Virus record (IMG/VR): IMGVR_UViG_3300028384_001046
Location: 46,916-110,915 of that record
Direction: 5' to 3' (one strand)
Source: a virus
Length of the DNA stretch: 64,000 nt
A program made the translations under genes and the position numbers. Shown here in pieces: positions 27,298 through 37,762 of the stretch. Under the pieces are notes generated by a model that worked only from the letters and a program-made list of their open reading frames with translations, searched no databases and was not told the origin of the DNA. Each line of letters begins with the position of its first letter. Position 1 is the stretch's first letter.

Positions 27298-28968
27298 ATG
27301 GCTAGGTTGTTTGGTTTTAAAATTGATAAGGGAGACGATGCTTCAAAGAGCATCGTTTCTCCCGTCCCAAAGTCCGATGAGGATTCATCGGACTTTTATG
27401 TTAGCAGCGGCTTTTATGGTCAGTACGTAGATATTGATGGCGTCTATAAGTCAGAGTTTGATTTAATTAAAAGATATCGAGAAATGGCTCTGCATCCAGA
27501 AGTGGATAGTGCTATTGAAGATATTATAAATGAGGCGATTGTCTCGGATCAGAACGATTCCCCCATTCAAATTGATCTATCGAATCTCCCTGCTTCGGAA
27601 AAACTTAAAGAACTTATTAGAGATGAGTTTAAGAAGATCAAAGAAATCATGGACTTTGATAAAAAGTGCCATGAAATCCTCCGTAACTGGTATGTCGATG
27701 GAAGAATCTTCTATCACAAAGTAATTGATCTCAAAAAACCAGAAGAAGGTATTCAGGAAGTAAGATATATTGATCCACTGAAAATTAAGTACGTTAGAAA
27801 ACTGAAGAAGAAAGACAACGTACAACAAACTGTTGCAAGAATTCAAAGTCAAGATAATCCTCTTACTCCAGAAATCGAAGAGTATTATCTCTACGATCCA
27901 AATACTCAGGCAGCAAAAAATAATGTTGGAGCTATTGGACAACCAGCATTCAAAAATGTAACTAAACCAGTAAAAATTGCTATTGATGCAGTTACGTTCT
28001 GTCACTCTGGATTAGTAGATAGAAACAAACAAACAATTCTTTCATATCTTCACAAGTCTATTAAGGCACTCAATCAACTTCGTATGATTGAAGACAGTCT
28101 GGTTATCTATAGATTGTCGCGTGCTCCAGAAAGAAGAATTTTCTATATTGATGTGGGCAATCTTCCTAAGATTAAAGCAGAACAATATCTAAAAGATGTA
28201 ATGAGCCGTTATCGTAATAAACTTGTTTACGATGCTGGAACTGGTGAGGTCAGAGATGACCGCAAGCACATGAGTATGTTAGAAGACTTCTGGCTTCCTC
28301 GTCGTGAAGGTGGTCGTGGTACTGAAATCACAACTCTTCCTGGTGGACAGAACTTAGGCGAACTATCCGATATTGAGTATTTCCAGAAAAAACTTTACAG
28401 AGCACTTGGTGTTCCCGAGTCTCGTATTGCTGGATCTGGAGAAGGTTTCAACCTCGGTCGTTCTTCCGAAATTCTTAGAGACGAAATTAAGTTTACTAAG
28501 TTCGTCGGTAGAATGAGAAAGAGATTCTCTGGTGTTTTTAGCGATATGCTGAAGACTCAGTTAATCCTGAAAAACATTGTTACCCCAGAAGATTGGGAAA
28601 TTTTGTCTGATCATATTCAATATGATTTTGTATATGATAATCACTTTGCCGAACTAAAGGAAACAGAACTTCTTAATGAGAGACTTGGAACTGCTGCTGC
28701 AGTTGACCCATATCTTGGTAAGTACTTCTCTCTTGAGTATGTTAGAAGACATGTCCTCAAACAGAAGGATGAAGAAATTATAGAGATTGATAAACAGATT
28801 GAGAAAGAAATTAAAGATGGTAAGTTGATAGATCCAATGGAAATTCAACAGATGGAAATGGGAGCTGGAGAAGATTTGGGATCTCCTGTCACAGAACCAG
28901 AAATTGATGCATCCGCCGTAGAAGCTGATGGATCATCAATGGAGATGCCCAAGGGAGGGGAAATATAA
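27298..28968 (+). CDS. gp20: Portal protein gp20
   Basis: 'IYRLSRAPERRIFYIDVGNLP', 'EDFWLPRREGGRGTEITTLPG'; TAAATA at 27264. Confidence 0.97.
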   Translation: MARLFGFKIDKGDDASKSIVSPVPKSDEDSSDFYVSSGFYGQYVDIDGVYKSEFDLIKRYREMALHPEVDSAIEDIINEAIVSDQNDSPIQIDLSNLPASEKLKELIRDEFKKIKEIMDFDKKCHEILRNWYVDGRIFYHKVIDLKKPEEGIQEVRYIDPLKIKYVRKLKKKDNVQQTVARIQSQDNPLTPEIEEYYLYDPNTQAAKNNVGAIGQPAFKNVTKPVKIAIDAVTFCHSGLVDRNKQTILSYLHKSIKALNQLRMIEDSLVIYRLSRAPERRIFYIDVGNLPKIKAEQYLKDVMSRYRNKLVYDAGTGEVRDDRKHMSMLEDFWLPRREGGRGTEITTLPGGQNLGELSDIEYFQKKLYRALGVPESRIAGSGEGFNLGRSSEILRDEIKFTKFVGRMRKRFSGVFSDMLKTQLILKNIVTPEDWEILSDHIQYDFVYDNHFAELKETELLNERLGTAAAVDPYLGKYFSLEYVRRHVLKQKDEEIIEIDKQIEKEIKDGKLIDPMEIQQMEMGAGEDLGSPVTEPEIDASAVEADGSSMEMPKGGEI

Positions 28969-28971
28969 ATA
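28964..28971 (+). promoter_or_regulatory. T4-type late promoter TATAAATA
   Basis: Exact consensus overlapping the gp20 stop codon. Confidence 0.75.
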
Positions 28972-28999
28972 CTTCTAGTTTGTATGTAATTTAACTGTC

Positions 29000-29245
29000 A
29001 TGGATGACCTTATTGATTTGATTGTGAATAATGAATCTCCAACGGAAATTCATTCTAAGATCAAAGATGTTCTTTTTGCAAAGTCTGCTGAGAATATCGA
29101 AACCATTCGTCCAGCTATCACAGCTGATATGTTTGGTGGTCCCAATCCTTGGGTTGATCAATTAGATGATGCGGAGCCAGAAACTGATGAAGTGGAGGCA
29201 TCTGCAGAAGTTGAAGAACCTGCCGAGGAACCAGAGGAAGAATGA
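29000..29245 (+). CDS. Small acidic protein at the prohead-core (gp67/68) position
   Basis: Lies between gp20 and gp21; Glu-rich C-terminus. Confidence 0.55.
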   Translation: MDDLIDLIVNNESPTEIHSKIKDVLFAKSAENIETIRPAITADMFGGPNPWVDQLDDAEPETDEVEASAEVEEPAEEPEEE

Positions 29246-29967
29246 AACTTATTACCGAAGAAATCGAATCAGCTAAGGTTCTTGTCGAAGAAAAAGACGG
29301 CAAGAAATCTATGTTTATTGAGGGTATTTTCCTTCAAGGAAACCTAAAGAATAGAAATGGTCGTTTCTATCCTGTTGAAACTCTTCAAAAAGAAGTAAAC
29401 AGATATACCGAGTCTTTCATTTCTAAGGGTCGTGCTCTTGGTGAGCTTGGCCACCCCGATGGACCAACGGTAAATCTCGATAGAGTTTCCCATAAGATTG
29501 TTGATCTTCATAAAGAAGGAACCAATTTTATTGGAAAGGCTAAACTTCTCGATACACCTATGGGCAAAATTGCTCAGTCATTAATTGATGAGGGTGTTCA
29601 ACTGGGAGTTTCTTCCAGAGGAATGGGAAGTCTACGTGACACAAACGAAGGTTATAAGGTAGTAGGCGAAGATTTTATGCTTGCTACTGCTGCTGATATT
29701 GTCGCAGATCCTTCTGCTCCTGACGCTTTTGTTAATGGAATTATGGAAGGAGTTGAGTGGATTTGGGACGCTGGTCTTCTCAAAGCACAAACTACAATTA
29801 AAGAAGCAACAGTTGAAGAAACCGTTGCAGTAATTGAAAAAGAACCAGAAGAAGTTGTCGAAGAGACGATTGAGAAAACTAAGAAAACTATAAATACCTT
29901 AGTTAAACAACAAAGACTTGATGAGAAGAAATTGGAACTATTCCAAAACTTCCTATCAAATCTTTGA
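29242..29967 (+). CDS. gp21: Prohead protease gp21
   Basis: 'IEGIFLQ...NRNGR.YP', 'ALGELGHP', 'GVSSRGMGS', 'DIVADPSAPDA'. Confidence 0.95.
   Translation: MKLITEEIESAKVLVEEKDGKKSMFIEGIFLQGNLKNRNGRFYPVETLQKEVNRYTESFISKGRALGELGHPDGPTVNLDRVSHKIVDLHKEGTNFIGKAKLLDTPMGKIAQSLIDEGVQLGVSSRGMGSLRDTNEGYKVVGEDFMLATAADIVADPSAPDAFVNGIMEGVEWIWDAGLLKAQTTIKEATVEETVAVIEKEPEEVVEETIEKTKKTINTLVKQQRLDEKKLELFQNFLSNL
29889..29896 (+). promoter_or_regulatory. Late promoter TATAAATA inside gp21, serving gp22
   Basis: Exact consensus about 130 nt upstream of gp22; further TAAATA copies at 29974 and 29978. Confidence 0.6.
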
Positions 29968-30024
29968 ATTTAATAAATAAATATAGATTACGATATCTAC
30001 AACGATCAAAAACGGAGAGTTCAA

Positions 30025-31110
30025 ATGTCTCGTGGAGATTTACAAGAAATGGAAGTAGGCACTAAGCAATCCAAAACCGCTGTTAATAGTGGTGCAAAGG
30101 CTGGTGAACCCATGCCAAAAGCACCTAACTATGTTCCCGACAACGGTGCCGTTGAGGATCTCGGTGGTCCAACCCCCGAGAATTCTAAACCAGACGATAA
30201 TTCTAATGCGCTTAAGACTCCTACCCAGACGATTAAGCAAGTTAAGGATGTAGTCAACAAGGGCGCTAAACCTGCTGAACCCATGACACAAGCACCTAAG
30301 TACGCTGAAGAAACTGAAGCATCTGCTGAAGAAGAGGTAATTTCCGAAGAGGAGACTACCGAACAGGAGAGCATCATCGACATCGACGCTGCAATTGCAG
30401 AAGATGTTGAAGCACTCCTGGGCGGTGAAGAACTCTCAGAAGAATTCAAAGAGAAGGCTAAACTGATCTTTGAAGCTTCTATTACTGCTAAGATCACAGA
30501 TATCGAAAATCAAATCGTCGAGGCTTACGAACAAAAACTCGTAGAGGAAGTTGAAACCCTTAAGGTTGAACTTACCGAGAGACTTGATTCGTACCTTGAG
30601 TATGTCGCTGAAGAATGGCTTGAGGAAAACGCTCTCTCCGTTGAGCGTGGAATCAAGACAGAAATGACCGAATCCTTCCTTGAAGGAATGAAGGGTCTTT
30701 TTGAAGAACATTATGTATCTCTTCCTGAAGATAGATACGATGTACTTGAGAGCATGGTAGACAAACTTGATGAAATGGAGACTAAACTCAACGAGCAAAT
30801 CGAAAGAAATATTGCTCTAAATAGTAAGCTGTCGGAATCGACTGCTGAGACCGTCATGAATAATGTTGCTGAAGGACTTGCAGTTTCTCAAAAAGAAAAA
30901 CTTGCAACCCTCGCAGAAGGTGTTGAGTTTGAAAGTGAAGAAAGCTATCGTGAAAAACTAGAAACACTGAAGGAGTCATACTTCGGTGGAAAGACTAGTT
31001 CTTCCAAGACGAAAGAGACACAAGTTCTCAAAGAAGAAGCCGAACACGTAGAAGCACCTACTGGTTCTATGGCTGCATATCTAAGAGCACTCTCTAACGT
31101 CAAACAGTGA
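30025..31110 (+). CDS. gp22: Prohead core scaffold gp22
   Basis: Acidic coiled coil; 'LSEEFKEKAK.IFEA', 'DSYLEYVAEEWL.EN'. Confidence 0.93.
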   Translation: MSRGDLQEMEVGTKQSKTAVNSGAKAGEPMPKAPNYVPDNGAVEDLGGPTPENSKPDDNSNALKTPTQTIKQVKDVVNKGAKPAEPMTQAPKYAEETEASAEEEVISEEETTEQESIIDIDAAIAEDVEALLGGEELSEEFKEKAKLIFEASITAKITDIENQIVEAYEQKLVEEVETLKVELTERLDSYLEYVAEEWLEENALSVERGIKTEMTESFLEGMKGLFEEHYVSLPEDRYDVLESMVDKLDEMETKLNEQIERNIALNSKLSESTAETVMNNVAEGLAVSQKEKLATLAEGVEFESEESYREKLETLKESYFGGKTSSSKTKETQVLKEEAEHVEAPTGSMAAYLRALSNVKQ

Positions 31111-31147
31111 TTTAAAGATTATCAAATTTCAACACAGGTATCCTAAA

Positions 31148-32539
31148 ATGCAACAAAACATCAATTACCAACAGCTCACTGAAAAGTGGGCTCCTCTTCT
31201 AGACTACGATGGTCTAGATAACATCAAAGACGCTCACAGACGTAACGTTACCGCAGTTCTTCTTGAGAACCAAGAGCAAATGCTCAAGGAAGAAGCATCC
31301 TTCCTTGGTGAAGCATCTCCAACTAACTCTGCAGGTACAGGTGGATTCGGTGGAGACTCAGCTGCAGCTGGTCCTGTTGCTGGTTTCGACCCAGTTCTGA
31401 TCTCCCTGATCAGACGTGCAATGCCTAACCTGGTCGCTTATGACCTCGCAGGCGTTCAACCAATGAGTGGTCCTACTGGACTCATCTTCGCAATGCGTTC
31501 CCGTTACACCAACCAGAGCGGAACCGAAGCACTGTTCAACGAGCCCGATACTGCATTCGCAGGTCAGAACGACGGTGGTACTCTTACTGCAGGTCAAACT
31601 GATCAGGCTGCTGGTTTCGGTACAGGTTCTCAGTCGGGTACTAACCCTGCAGTTCTGAACCCTGTTGGTTCTGCAACTACCTCCGCTTACAACGTTGGTC
31701 AGGGTATGGCCACTGGTGAGTCTGAGGCACTCGGAGATGGTTCTGGCAACCACTTCAATGAGATGGCATTCTCGATCGAGAAGGTCACCGTTACTGCGAA
31801 GTCCAGAGCACTGAAAGCTGAGTACTCCTTAGAACTCGCACAAGACCTCAAGGCAATCCACGGTCTGAATGCTGAGGCTGAGTTGGCAAACATTCTCTCC
31901 ACAGAGATTCTTGCTGAAATCAACCGCGAAGTCATTCGTTCCATCTACAAGGTTGCTGAACAGGGTGCAACTCTTAACACCGCTACCGCTGGTGAGTTCG
32001 ACCTCGATGTTGACTCCAACGGACGCTGGTCGGTTGAGAAGTTCAAGGGTCTACTCTTCCAAATCGAAAGAGACGCTAACCAGATCGCACAAAGAACTCG
32101 TAGAGGGAAGGGCAACGTTGTTCTCTGCTCCGCAGACGTTGCTTCCGCACTCACGATGGCAGGCATTCTGGATTACACTCCTGCACTCAACGCTAACCTC
32201 AACGTTGATGACACTGGCAACACCTTCGCTGGTACACTTGCTGGTAAGTACAAGGTCTACATCGACCCATTTGCTGCAAACAACGCTGCAAATCAGTACT
32301 ACGTTGTTGGTTATAAGGGAACTTCCCCTTATGATGCAGGTATGTTCTACTGCCCATATGTTCCTCTCCAGATGGTTCGCGCCGTTGGTCAGGACACCTT
32401 CCAACCAAAAATTGGATTCAAGACTCGCTACGGCATGGTCGCAAATCCATTCGCAGAAGGAACTGATCAGGGTCTCGGTAGACTCCTCGCTAACTCCAAC
32501 CGTTACTACAGAAGAGTTACCGTTAAGAACCTCATGTGA
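31148..32539 (+). CDS. gp23: Major capsid protein gp23
   Basis: 'GVQPMSGPTGLIFAMR', 'AKSRALKAEYS.ELAQDLKAIHGL.AE.EL', 'FQPKIGFKTRYG'. Confidence 0.98.
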   Translation: MQQNINYQQLTEKWAPLLDYDGLDNIKDAHRRNVTAVLLENQEQMLKEEASFLGEASPTNSAGTGGFGGDSAAAGPVAGFDPVLISLIRRAMPNLVAYDLAGVQPMSGPTGLIFAMRSRYTNQSGTEALFNEPDTAFAGQNDGGTLTAGQTDQAAGFGTGSQSGTNPAVLNPVGSATTSAYNVGQGMATGESEALGDGSGNHFNEMAFSIEKVTVTAKSRALKAEYSLELAQDLKAIHGLNAEAELANILSTEILAEINREVIRSIYKVAEQGATLNTATAGEFDLDVDSNGRWSVEKFKGLLFQIERDANQIAQRTRRGKGNVVLCSADVASALTMAGILDYTPALNANLNVDDTGNTFAGTLAGKYKVYIDPFAANNAANQYYVVGYKGTSPYDAGMFYCPYVPLQMVRAVGQDTFQPKIGFKTRYGMVANPFAEGTDQGLGRLLANSNRYYRRVTVKNLM

Positions 32540-32560
32540 TCCAAGTTTCACATTTTTTCA

Positions 32561-32586
32561 AGACCTCCTTCGGGGGGTCTTTTTTT
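32561..32586 (+). terminator. Rho-independent terminator after gp23
   Basis: agacctcc-TTCG-gggggtct hairpin followed by a T-run. Confidence 0.9.
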
Positions 32587-32595
32587 ATGCCTTTT

Positions 32596-32603
32596 TATAA
32601 ATA
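32596..32603 (+). promoter_or_regulatory. T4-type late promoter TATAAATA
   Basis: Exact consensus right after the gp23 terminator. Confidence 0.75.
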
Positions 32604-32672
32604 GGGCTGCTTTTAAATAATTAAAATGTGGTAAGACTAAGTGGTTTAATTAATTCAACATCGGAGGTTGAC

Positions 32673-33284
32673 ATGTCAGAGGAACCCAAAAAAGAGAAAA
32701 AACTGCCACTGACCAAAGTGGTTGTAGGAACTATTGGTGCAATCTTTGTAGTATCGCACATTGGTTTACTGGGTTATGTTGTAAGAAAACCAGAACCACC
32801 CAGAGTTCCACAAGTTCCGACAATTAATATTCCTCGCGGTGATTATTCATCCTATACTATCAAAGCAGGAAAGGATGGATATGAGATTGAATATCGTGCA
32901 AATGACCCTAAGATTTTAACTTCGGAAAGAGGATTAGATCTTGATAAATCAAAGAAAGGATTCTTTGGTGGATCATCTAGTGAAAAGAGAAATGAATATC
33001 GTCGTGATGAATATACAATGGAAGGAACCCGCAATATGGGAGGTGCCGTAACGCAGGGTGAAGAGGGAAAGTCTGCAAAAGAAGTCGAGTGCATAGTGGC
33101 GGACGCTGGCGCACGGTCACAAGGTGCAATGGCAGGAACCGCAATTAGTGCTGGTCTCGTCGTCCCAGTGGTCTCTAGTATCCCCTACATTGGATGGTTA
33201 GCAGGTGGTTGGGCATTACTTCTAGGTCAGCAAGCAGGATCCGAATTAGGATCTCAAGTTGGTGAAGTATTTAATGACTGCTAA
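32673..33284 (+). CDS. Hypothetical membrane protein with a C-terminal glycine-zipper-like region
   Basis: GGAGG RBS; N-terminal TM segment; C-terminal 'GAMAGTAISAG...IPYIGWLAGG...GQQAGSELGSQVG'. Confidence 0.6.
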   Translation: MSEEPKKEKKLPLTKVVVGTIGAIFVVSHIGLLGYVVRKPEPPRVPQVPTINIPRGDYSSYTIKAGKDGYEIEYRANDPKILTSERGLDLDKSKKGFFGGSSSEKRNEYRRDEYTMEGTRNMGGAVTQGEEGKSAKEVECIVADAGARSQGAMAGTAISAGLVVPVVSSIPYIGWLAGGWALLLGQQAGSELGSQVGEVFNDC

Positions 33285-33309
33285 ATAATACAGAACTATA
33301 TTTTATTCC

Positions 33310-33846
33310 ATGGTAAAAGAAAGTGGATTATCCAAGTGGGATAGAGAGATTAAAAATAAAAACTTTCTATCCCCAACTGGATTTAAATTTAGTTTGGAAA
33401 AGGCACCAAAGGTAGATTTCTTCTCCAATTCTGTTAACATCCCAGGCATTAATCTTGGTGTAGCTGTTCAATCTACTCCATTAAAGGATTTGATGATTCC
33501 TGGAGATAAGTTGGTTTACAACGATCTTACCATTCAGTTTATGGTAGATGAAAACTTAGAAAACTATTTGGAAATTCATGACTGGATGCGAGGTCTTGGA
33601 TATCCAGAAAGTATGTCAGAAGCATTGCCATTTGGACCTGTAGATCCCGTCATTGGTGCTTTTTCTGATGGAAGTCTACTCATCTATAATAGTAACTTTA
33701 ATCCGATATCGAAGGTAACTTTCAAAGACTTATTTCCAACATCATTATCATCTGTCGAATTTGATGCTAAGTCAACTGATATAAATTATATTATGGCATC
33801 AGCCACGTTTAAATATACAATTTTTGATATTGAGAGTTTGCTGTAG
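33310..33846 (+). CDS. gp3: Tail tube terminator / tail completion protein gp3
   Basis: 'NFLSPTGFKF', 'PGDKLVY..L...F.VDE.LENY.EIHDWM'; TAAATA at 33282. Confidence 0.88.
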   Translation: MVKESGLSKWDREIKNKNFLSPTGFKFSLEKAPKVDFFSNSVNIPGINLGVAVQSTPLKDLMIPGDKLVYNDLTIQFMVDENLENYLEIHDWMRGLGYPESMSEALPFGPVDPVIGAFSDGSLLIYNSNFNPISKVTFKDLFPTSLSSVEFDAKSTDINYIMASATFKYTIFDIESLL

Positions 33847-33847
33847 T

Positions 33848-34276
33848 ATGAATCTTGAAATGATTGAGAATCTTTGGGAACAAGATTCCAAAATTGATAA
33901 CGATGATCTTCACTTAGAGTCAACAAAAATTCCATCCTTACACTCGAAGTATTATAAAATCTATAATAATATTCTTGTTTTAAAAAAAGGGCAGGAAAAT
34001 AAATTCAAAGTGTTAAGAAAAGAAAAATGGGAGTATTACTCTGGTAAAGCAAAACCAGAAGTATATACAGAAAAACCATTTGACTTCAAGGTATTAAAAT
34101 CAGACATTGACAAATATCTTGATTCTGATGAAGATCTTATTAAATGTCTCACAAAAGTTGAATATTATCAAATTGAATTGGATTATCTTGAAAGTATTCT
34201 CAAGGTAATTTTAAACAGAACATACCAGATTAAAAACGCTATTGAATGGCAGAGGTTTATTAGAGGATATGACTGA
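33848..34276 (+). CDS. uvsY: Recombination mediator UvsY
   Basis: 'D.KID...L..ES.KIP.LHSKY', 'R.YQIKNAIEW.RF..G'. Confidence 0.92.
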   Translation: MNLEMIENLWEQDSKIDNDDLHLESTKIPSLHSKYYKIYNNILVLKKGQENKFKVLRKEKWEYYSGKAKPEVYTEKPFDFKVLKSDIDKYLDSDEDLIKCLTKVEYYQIELDYLESILKVILNRTYQIKNAIEWQRFIRGYD

Positions 34277-35732
34277 TTTAATCATTGAAAAGAAAAATGA
34301 GGTGTTTCTTAAGATTAAAGCAGAACCTCATGTAAATCAGGAACTATCAGATCATTTTACTTTTGACGTTCCTGGAGCAAAATTTATGCCCCAATATCGT
34401 AGTAAGTATTGGGATGGAAAGATACGATTATTCTCTACGGCAACTGGAGAAATTTATGTTGGTCTTTTGGATAAAGTATGTGCATGGGCAAAAAAATCCG
34501 ACTACTCTGTAAGTTTTAAAGACAATAAATTTTATGGAACTCCCTTTGAAAAGAATGACAATATCTCTAGGGAAGGTATAGAAGATTATATGAAATCAAT
34601 TTCCAAGCACACTCCTAGAGATTATCAAATTGAAGGAGTATATGATGCGCTTAGATATAATAGAAGGTTATTGATTTCTCCAACTGCTTCTGGAAAATCT
34701 TTGATGATTTATTCTATTGTTAGATATTCGATAGAAAAAGATAGAAAAGTTTTACTAGTTGTTCCTACTACATCATTAGTAGAACAGATGTATAAGGACT
34801 TTGAAGACTATGGATGGAATGCCCAACAGTATTGTTACAAGATATATGGAGGCAAAACTCGTATTGCCAAAAAGGATGTTGTTATCAGTACTTGGCAGTC
34901 TATCTACAAAATGGACCGTAAGTGGTTTGGTCAGTTTGATGTCATCATTGGTGATGAGGCACACCAGTTTAAATCCAAGTCTTTAGTTTCAATCATGTCC
35001 AAACTTTCGGATGCCAAGTATCGATATGGATTTACTGGAACTCTTGATGGATCACAAACACATAAATGGGTTTTGGAAGGATTATTTGGACCTAGTTATA
35101 AGATTACACAAACAGCGGAGTTAATTAAAAAGGGACATTTATCTAAACTTGATATTCGAGTTCTTTTACTAAAACACCCACCAAGGACATTTGATACTTA
35201 TGAAGATGAAATTCAATATATTATTTCACATAATCAGAGAACTAACTTTATTAAAAACTTAGCTTTAAGTTTAAAAGGAAATACTTTAATCTTATTCCAA
35301 AGAGTAGAATCTCATGGAAAAATTATTCATGAGTTAATAAATAATTCAGTTGATAATAATCGAAAAGTATTTTATGTTCATGGTGGTGTAGATGCTGAAG
35401 AACGTGAACAGGTAAGAGAAATTACCGAGAGGGAAATAAATTCTATTATTGTTGCTTCATATGGCACCTTCTCTACAGGCATCAATATCAAAAATTTACA
35501 TAACGTAGTTTTTGCTTCGCCTAGTAAATCAAGAATTAGAAATCTCCAATCGATTGGTAGAGTTCTAAGAAAAGGAAGCAATAAAGATAAAGCCATGCTT
35601 TACGATATTGCAGATGATATTACTTGTCAAGGGAAAAAAAACTACACTCTCAATCATTTAATCGAAAGAATTAAAATTTATACCGAAGAAGATTTTAATT
35701 ATGAATTTACCCAAATAAAATTAAAAAACTAA
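34269..35732 (+). CDS. uvsW: Helicase UvsW
   Basis: 'WDGKIRLF', 'SPTASGKS', 'DEAH', 'LQSIGRVLR'. Confidence 0.96.
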   Translation: MTDLIIEKKNEVFLKIKAEPHVNQELSDHFTFDVPGAKFMPQYRSKYWDGKIRLFSTATGEIYVGLLDKVCAWAKKSDYSVSFKDNKFYGTPFEKNDNISREGIEDYMKSISKHTPRDYQIEGVYDALRYNRRLLISPTASGKSLMIYSIVRYSIEKDRKVLLVVPTTSLVEQMYKDFEDYGWNAQQYCYKIYGGKTRIAKKDVVISTWQSIYKMDRKWFGQFDVIIGDEAHQFKSKSLVSIMSKLSDAKYRYGFTGTLDGSQTHKWVLEGLFGPSYKITQTAELIKKGHLSKLDIRVLLLKHPPRTFDTYEDEIQYIISHNQRTNFIKNLALSLKGNTLILFQRVESHGKIIHELINNSVDNNRKVFYVHGGVDAEEREQVREITEREINSIIVASYGTFSTGINIKNLHNVVFASPSKSRIRNLQSIGRVLRKGSNKDKAMLYDIADDITCQGKKNYTLNHLIERIKIYTEEDFNYEFTQIKLKN

Positions 35733-35733
35733 T

Positions 35734-36138
35734 ATGGAAGAAGAATTTTATGGAACAATAAAGTTAGTCAGCGGCGAAGAAATCTTTGCAGAAATTCTTC
35801 CAACAGAAGAAAATGGGAGAAGAGTTTTAGTTCTTAGTGATCCAGTTTCTATTGAATCAATATCAATTTCTTCAGGAGAAGGCCTGCGAATGATTCCTTG
35901 GATTAAAACAAATCCAAACGAAGGAATAGTAGTAATTCCAATGCAACATGTGATCACAGTTGTAGAAGCATCTGAAAAATCAGATGTAGTGGAGTCTTAC
36001 ATGAATTTTGTCAGATCAAAATTTAATAGACTGTATAAAAAACAAGGCAATGGAACAAAAGTATTCAAAACAACAGTAGAACAAGCTCGAAAAGAACTTG
36101 AAAAGATTTATAAGATAGAATCTAAAGAAGCTGAATAG
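35734..36138 (+). CDS. Hypothetical protein (Sm-like fold candidate)
   Basis: 'IKLVSGEEIFA.I', 'PWI'; usual position before gp55 in cyanophages. Confidence 0.6.
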   Translation: MEEEFYGTIKLVSGEEIFAEILPTEENGRRVLVLSDPVSIESISISSGEGLRMIPWIKTNPNEGIVVIPMQHVITVVEASEKSDVVESYMNFVRSKFNRLYKKQGNGTKVFKTTVEQARKELEKIYKIESKEAE

Positions 36139-36191
36139 TGCTTCTGAACTCTGGCAGAGTAATCATACACAAAATATAGAGCCTTGTCAAG

Positions 36192-36220
36192 TTGTCAGTT
36201 TCTGCACTTCATGATACAAT
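36192..36220 (+). promoter_or_regulatory. Sigma70-type promoter for gp55
   Basis: TTGTCA-17 nt-TACAAT with extended -10 TGn. Confidence 0.65.
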
Positions 36221-36246
36221 ATTAATATTTACAGGAGATCAATGAA

Positions 36247-36720
36247 ATGGCTGCTAGAAAGAGGTCTGAACATTATGTAAACAACAAAGAATTTTTGTAT
36301 GCTATTGTTCAGTATAAGAAAGATGTAAAGGATGCTGAGGAAGCAGGTCAACCAAAACCTCGCATCACAAATTATCTTGGGGAATGCTTTTTGAAGATTG
36401 CAACCCACCTATCCTACAAACCAAACTTTGTTAATTACATGTTTCGTGAGGACATGATTTGTGATGGTATTGAAAACTGCGTTCAGTATATTCACAATTT
36501 TAATCCAGAAAAATCTACCAATCCCTTTGCTTACTTCACTCAGATTATTCACTACGCTTTTCTGAGACGTATTCAAAAAGAGAAGAAGCAGATGGAAATC
36601 AGAACCAAGATTCTTGAGAGATCTGGTTATGATGAAGTATTTACAGTCGATGATGACCATGGTAACTCTTTCGAGTATAATAGTATTAAAGACACCATTC
36701 AGTCTAAGATGTATCAATGA
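36247..36720 (+). CDS. gp55: Late-transcription sigma factor gp55
   Basis: 'HYVNNKEFL', 'NF.NY.FREDMI.DGIENC', 'NPFAYFTQI...AFLRRI.KEK'. Confidence 0.96.
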   Translation: MAARKRSEHYVNNKEFLYAIVQYKKDVKDAEEAGQPKPRITNYLGECFLKIATHLSYKPNFVNYMFREDMICDGIENCVQYIHNFNPEKSTNPFAYFTQIIHYAFLRRIQKEKKQMEIRTKILERSGYDEVFTVDDDHGNSFEYNSIKDTIQSKMYQ

Positions 36721-37760
36721 AGATTGCGATTATTACGGACACGCATTATGGTTGTAGGCGGTCGTCTAAGGCTTTTCATGATTATTTTCAAAAATTTTAT
36801 GATGACATTTTCTTTCCTTACATAAAGGAAGAAGGAATCACTCATTGTATTCATATGGGTGATGCTTTTGATAATAGAAAAAGTATTGATTTTTGGGCTC
36901 TTGATTGGGCTAGAACAAATGTATATGATAAATTTAGAGATCTTGGTGTGAAGGTCTGGCAACTTGCAGGCAATCATGATACATATTTCAAAAATACTAA
37001 TGAAGTCAATTCTATTGATTCTCTTCTGAAAGATTATGATAATCTAATTCCGATTTCATCTCCTGGTGAATATGATATTGATGGATTCAAAGCTTTCATG
37101 ATTCCTTGGATTTGTGATGATAATTTGGAAGAAACGAAGAAAAAAATAGATAAAACAAAAATCAAAGTTGCTTTTGGTCATCTTGAAATCAATGGGTTTC
37201 AACTGTATCCTGGGTGCGTTCAACAGGGGGGTATCGATAAAGAACTGTTCAAGAAGTTTCAGTTAGTATTTTCTGGGCATTATCATACTCGTAGTAATGA
37301 TGGACAAGTATATTACCTTGGCAATCCATATCAAATGTATTGGAATGATGTTGGTGACATTCGTGGATTTAATGTGATTGACACTGAAACTTATGAAATG
37401 GAGTTCATTCAAAATCCATATACAATGTTTGAAAAGGTTTACTACGATGATACTCCCTCCGAACTTTTCAAAGCCCATCTATACGAAAATAAGATTGTCA
37501 AATTAATTGTTAGGAAAAAAACAGATCAAAAAAAATTCGATAAATTTGTAGATAAACTTCTCAAATCCAAAGCAATTGATATTAAGATTATTGAATCTTT
37601 GGATGTCAATGATTCGGAGGTTGATTTTAATGGAGATGCTGTAGAAGACACACTAACACTTCTCAATAAATATATTGAAGACTCGGACTTTGATCTTAGT
37701 AAAAGTCGAGTAAAGGACTTGCTTCGTGAAGTCTATCTTGAAGCTTGCGAAATGGAGTAA
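36717..37760 (+). CDS. gp47: Recombination endonuclease subunit gp47 (Mre11/SbcD-like)
   Basis: D.H, GD.FD.R, GNHD and GHYH metallophosphoesterase motifs. Confidence 0.95.
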   Translation: MKIAIITDTHYGCRRSSKAFHDYFQKFYDDIFFPYIKEEGITHCIHMGDAFDNRKSIDFWALDWARTNVYDKFRDLGVKVWQLAGNHDTYFKNTNEVNSIDSLLKDYDNLIPISSPGEYDIDGFKAFMIPWICDDNLEETKKKIDKTKIKVAFGHLEINGFQLYPGCVQQGGIDKELFKKFQLVFSGHYHTRSNDGQVYYLGNPYQMYWNDVGDIRGFNVIDTETYEMEFIQNPYTMFEKVYYDDTPSELFKAHLYENKIVKLIVRKKTDQKKFDKFVDKLLKSKAIDIKIIESLDVNDSEVDFNGDAVEDTLTLLNKYIEDSDFDLSKSRVKDLLREVYLEACEME

Positions 37761-37762
37761 AG

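Noticed and set aside
31358-32600. Several long alternative-frame and antisense ORFs inside gp23 (e.g. 31869-32600, 243 aa)
   Set aside because: They are shadows of strong codon bias in a highly expressed gene; there is no RBS or recognisable motif, and 31869-32600 runs through the terminator.
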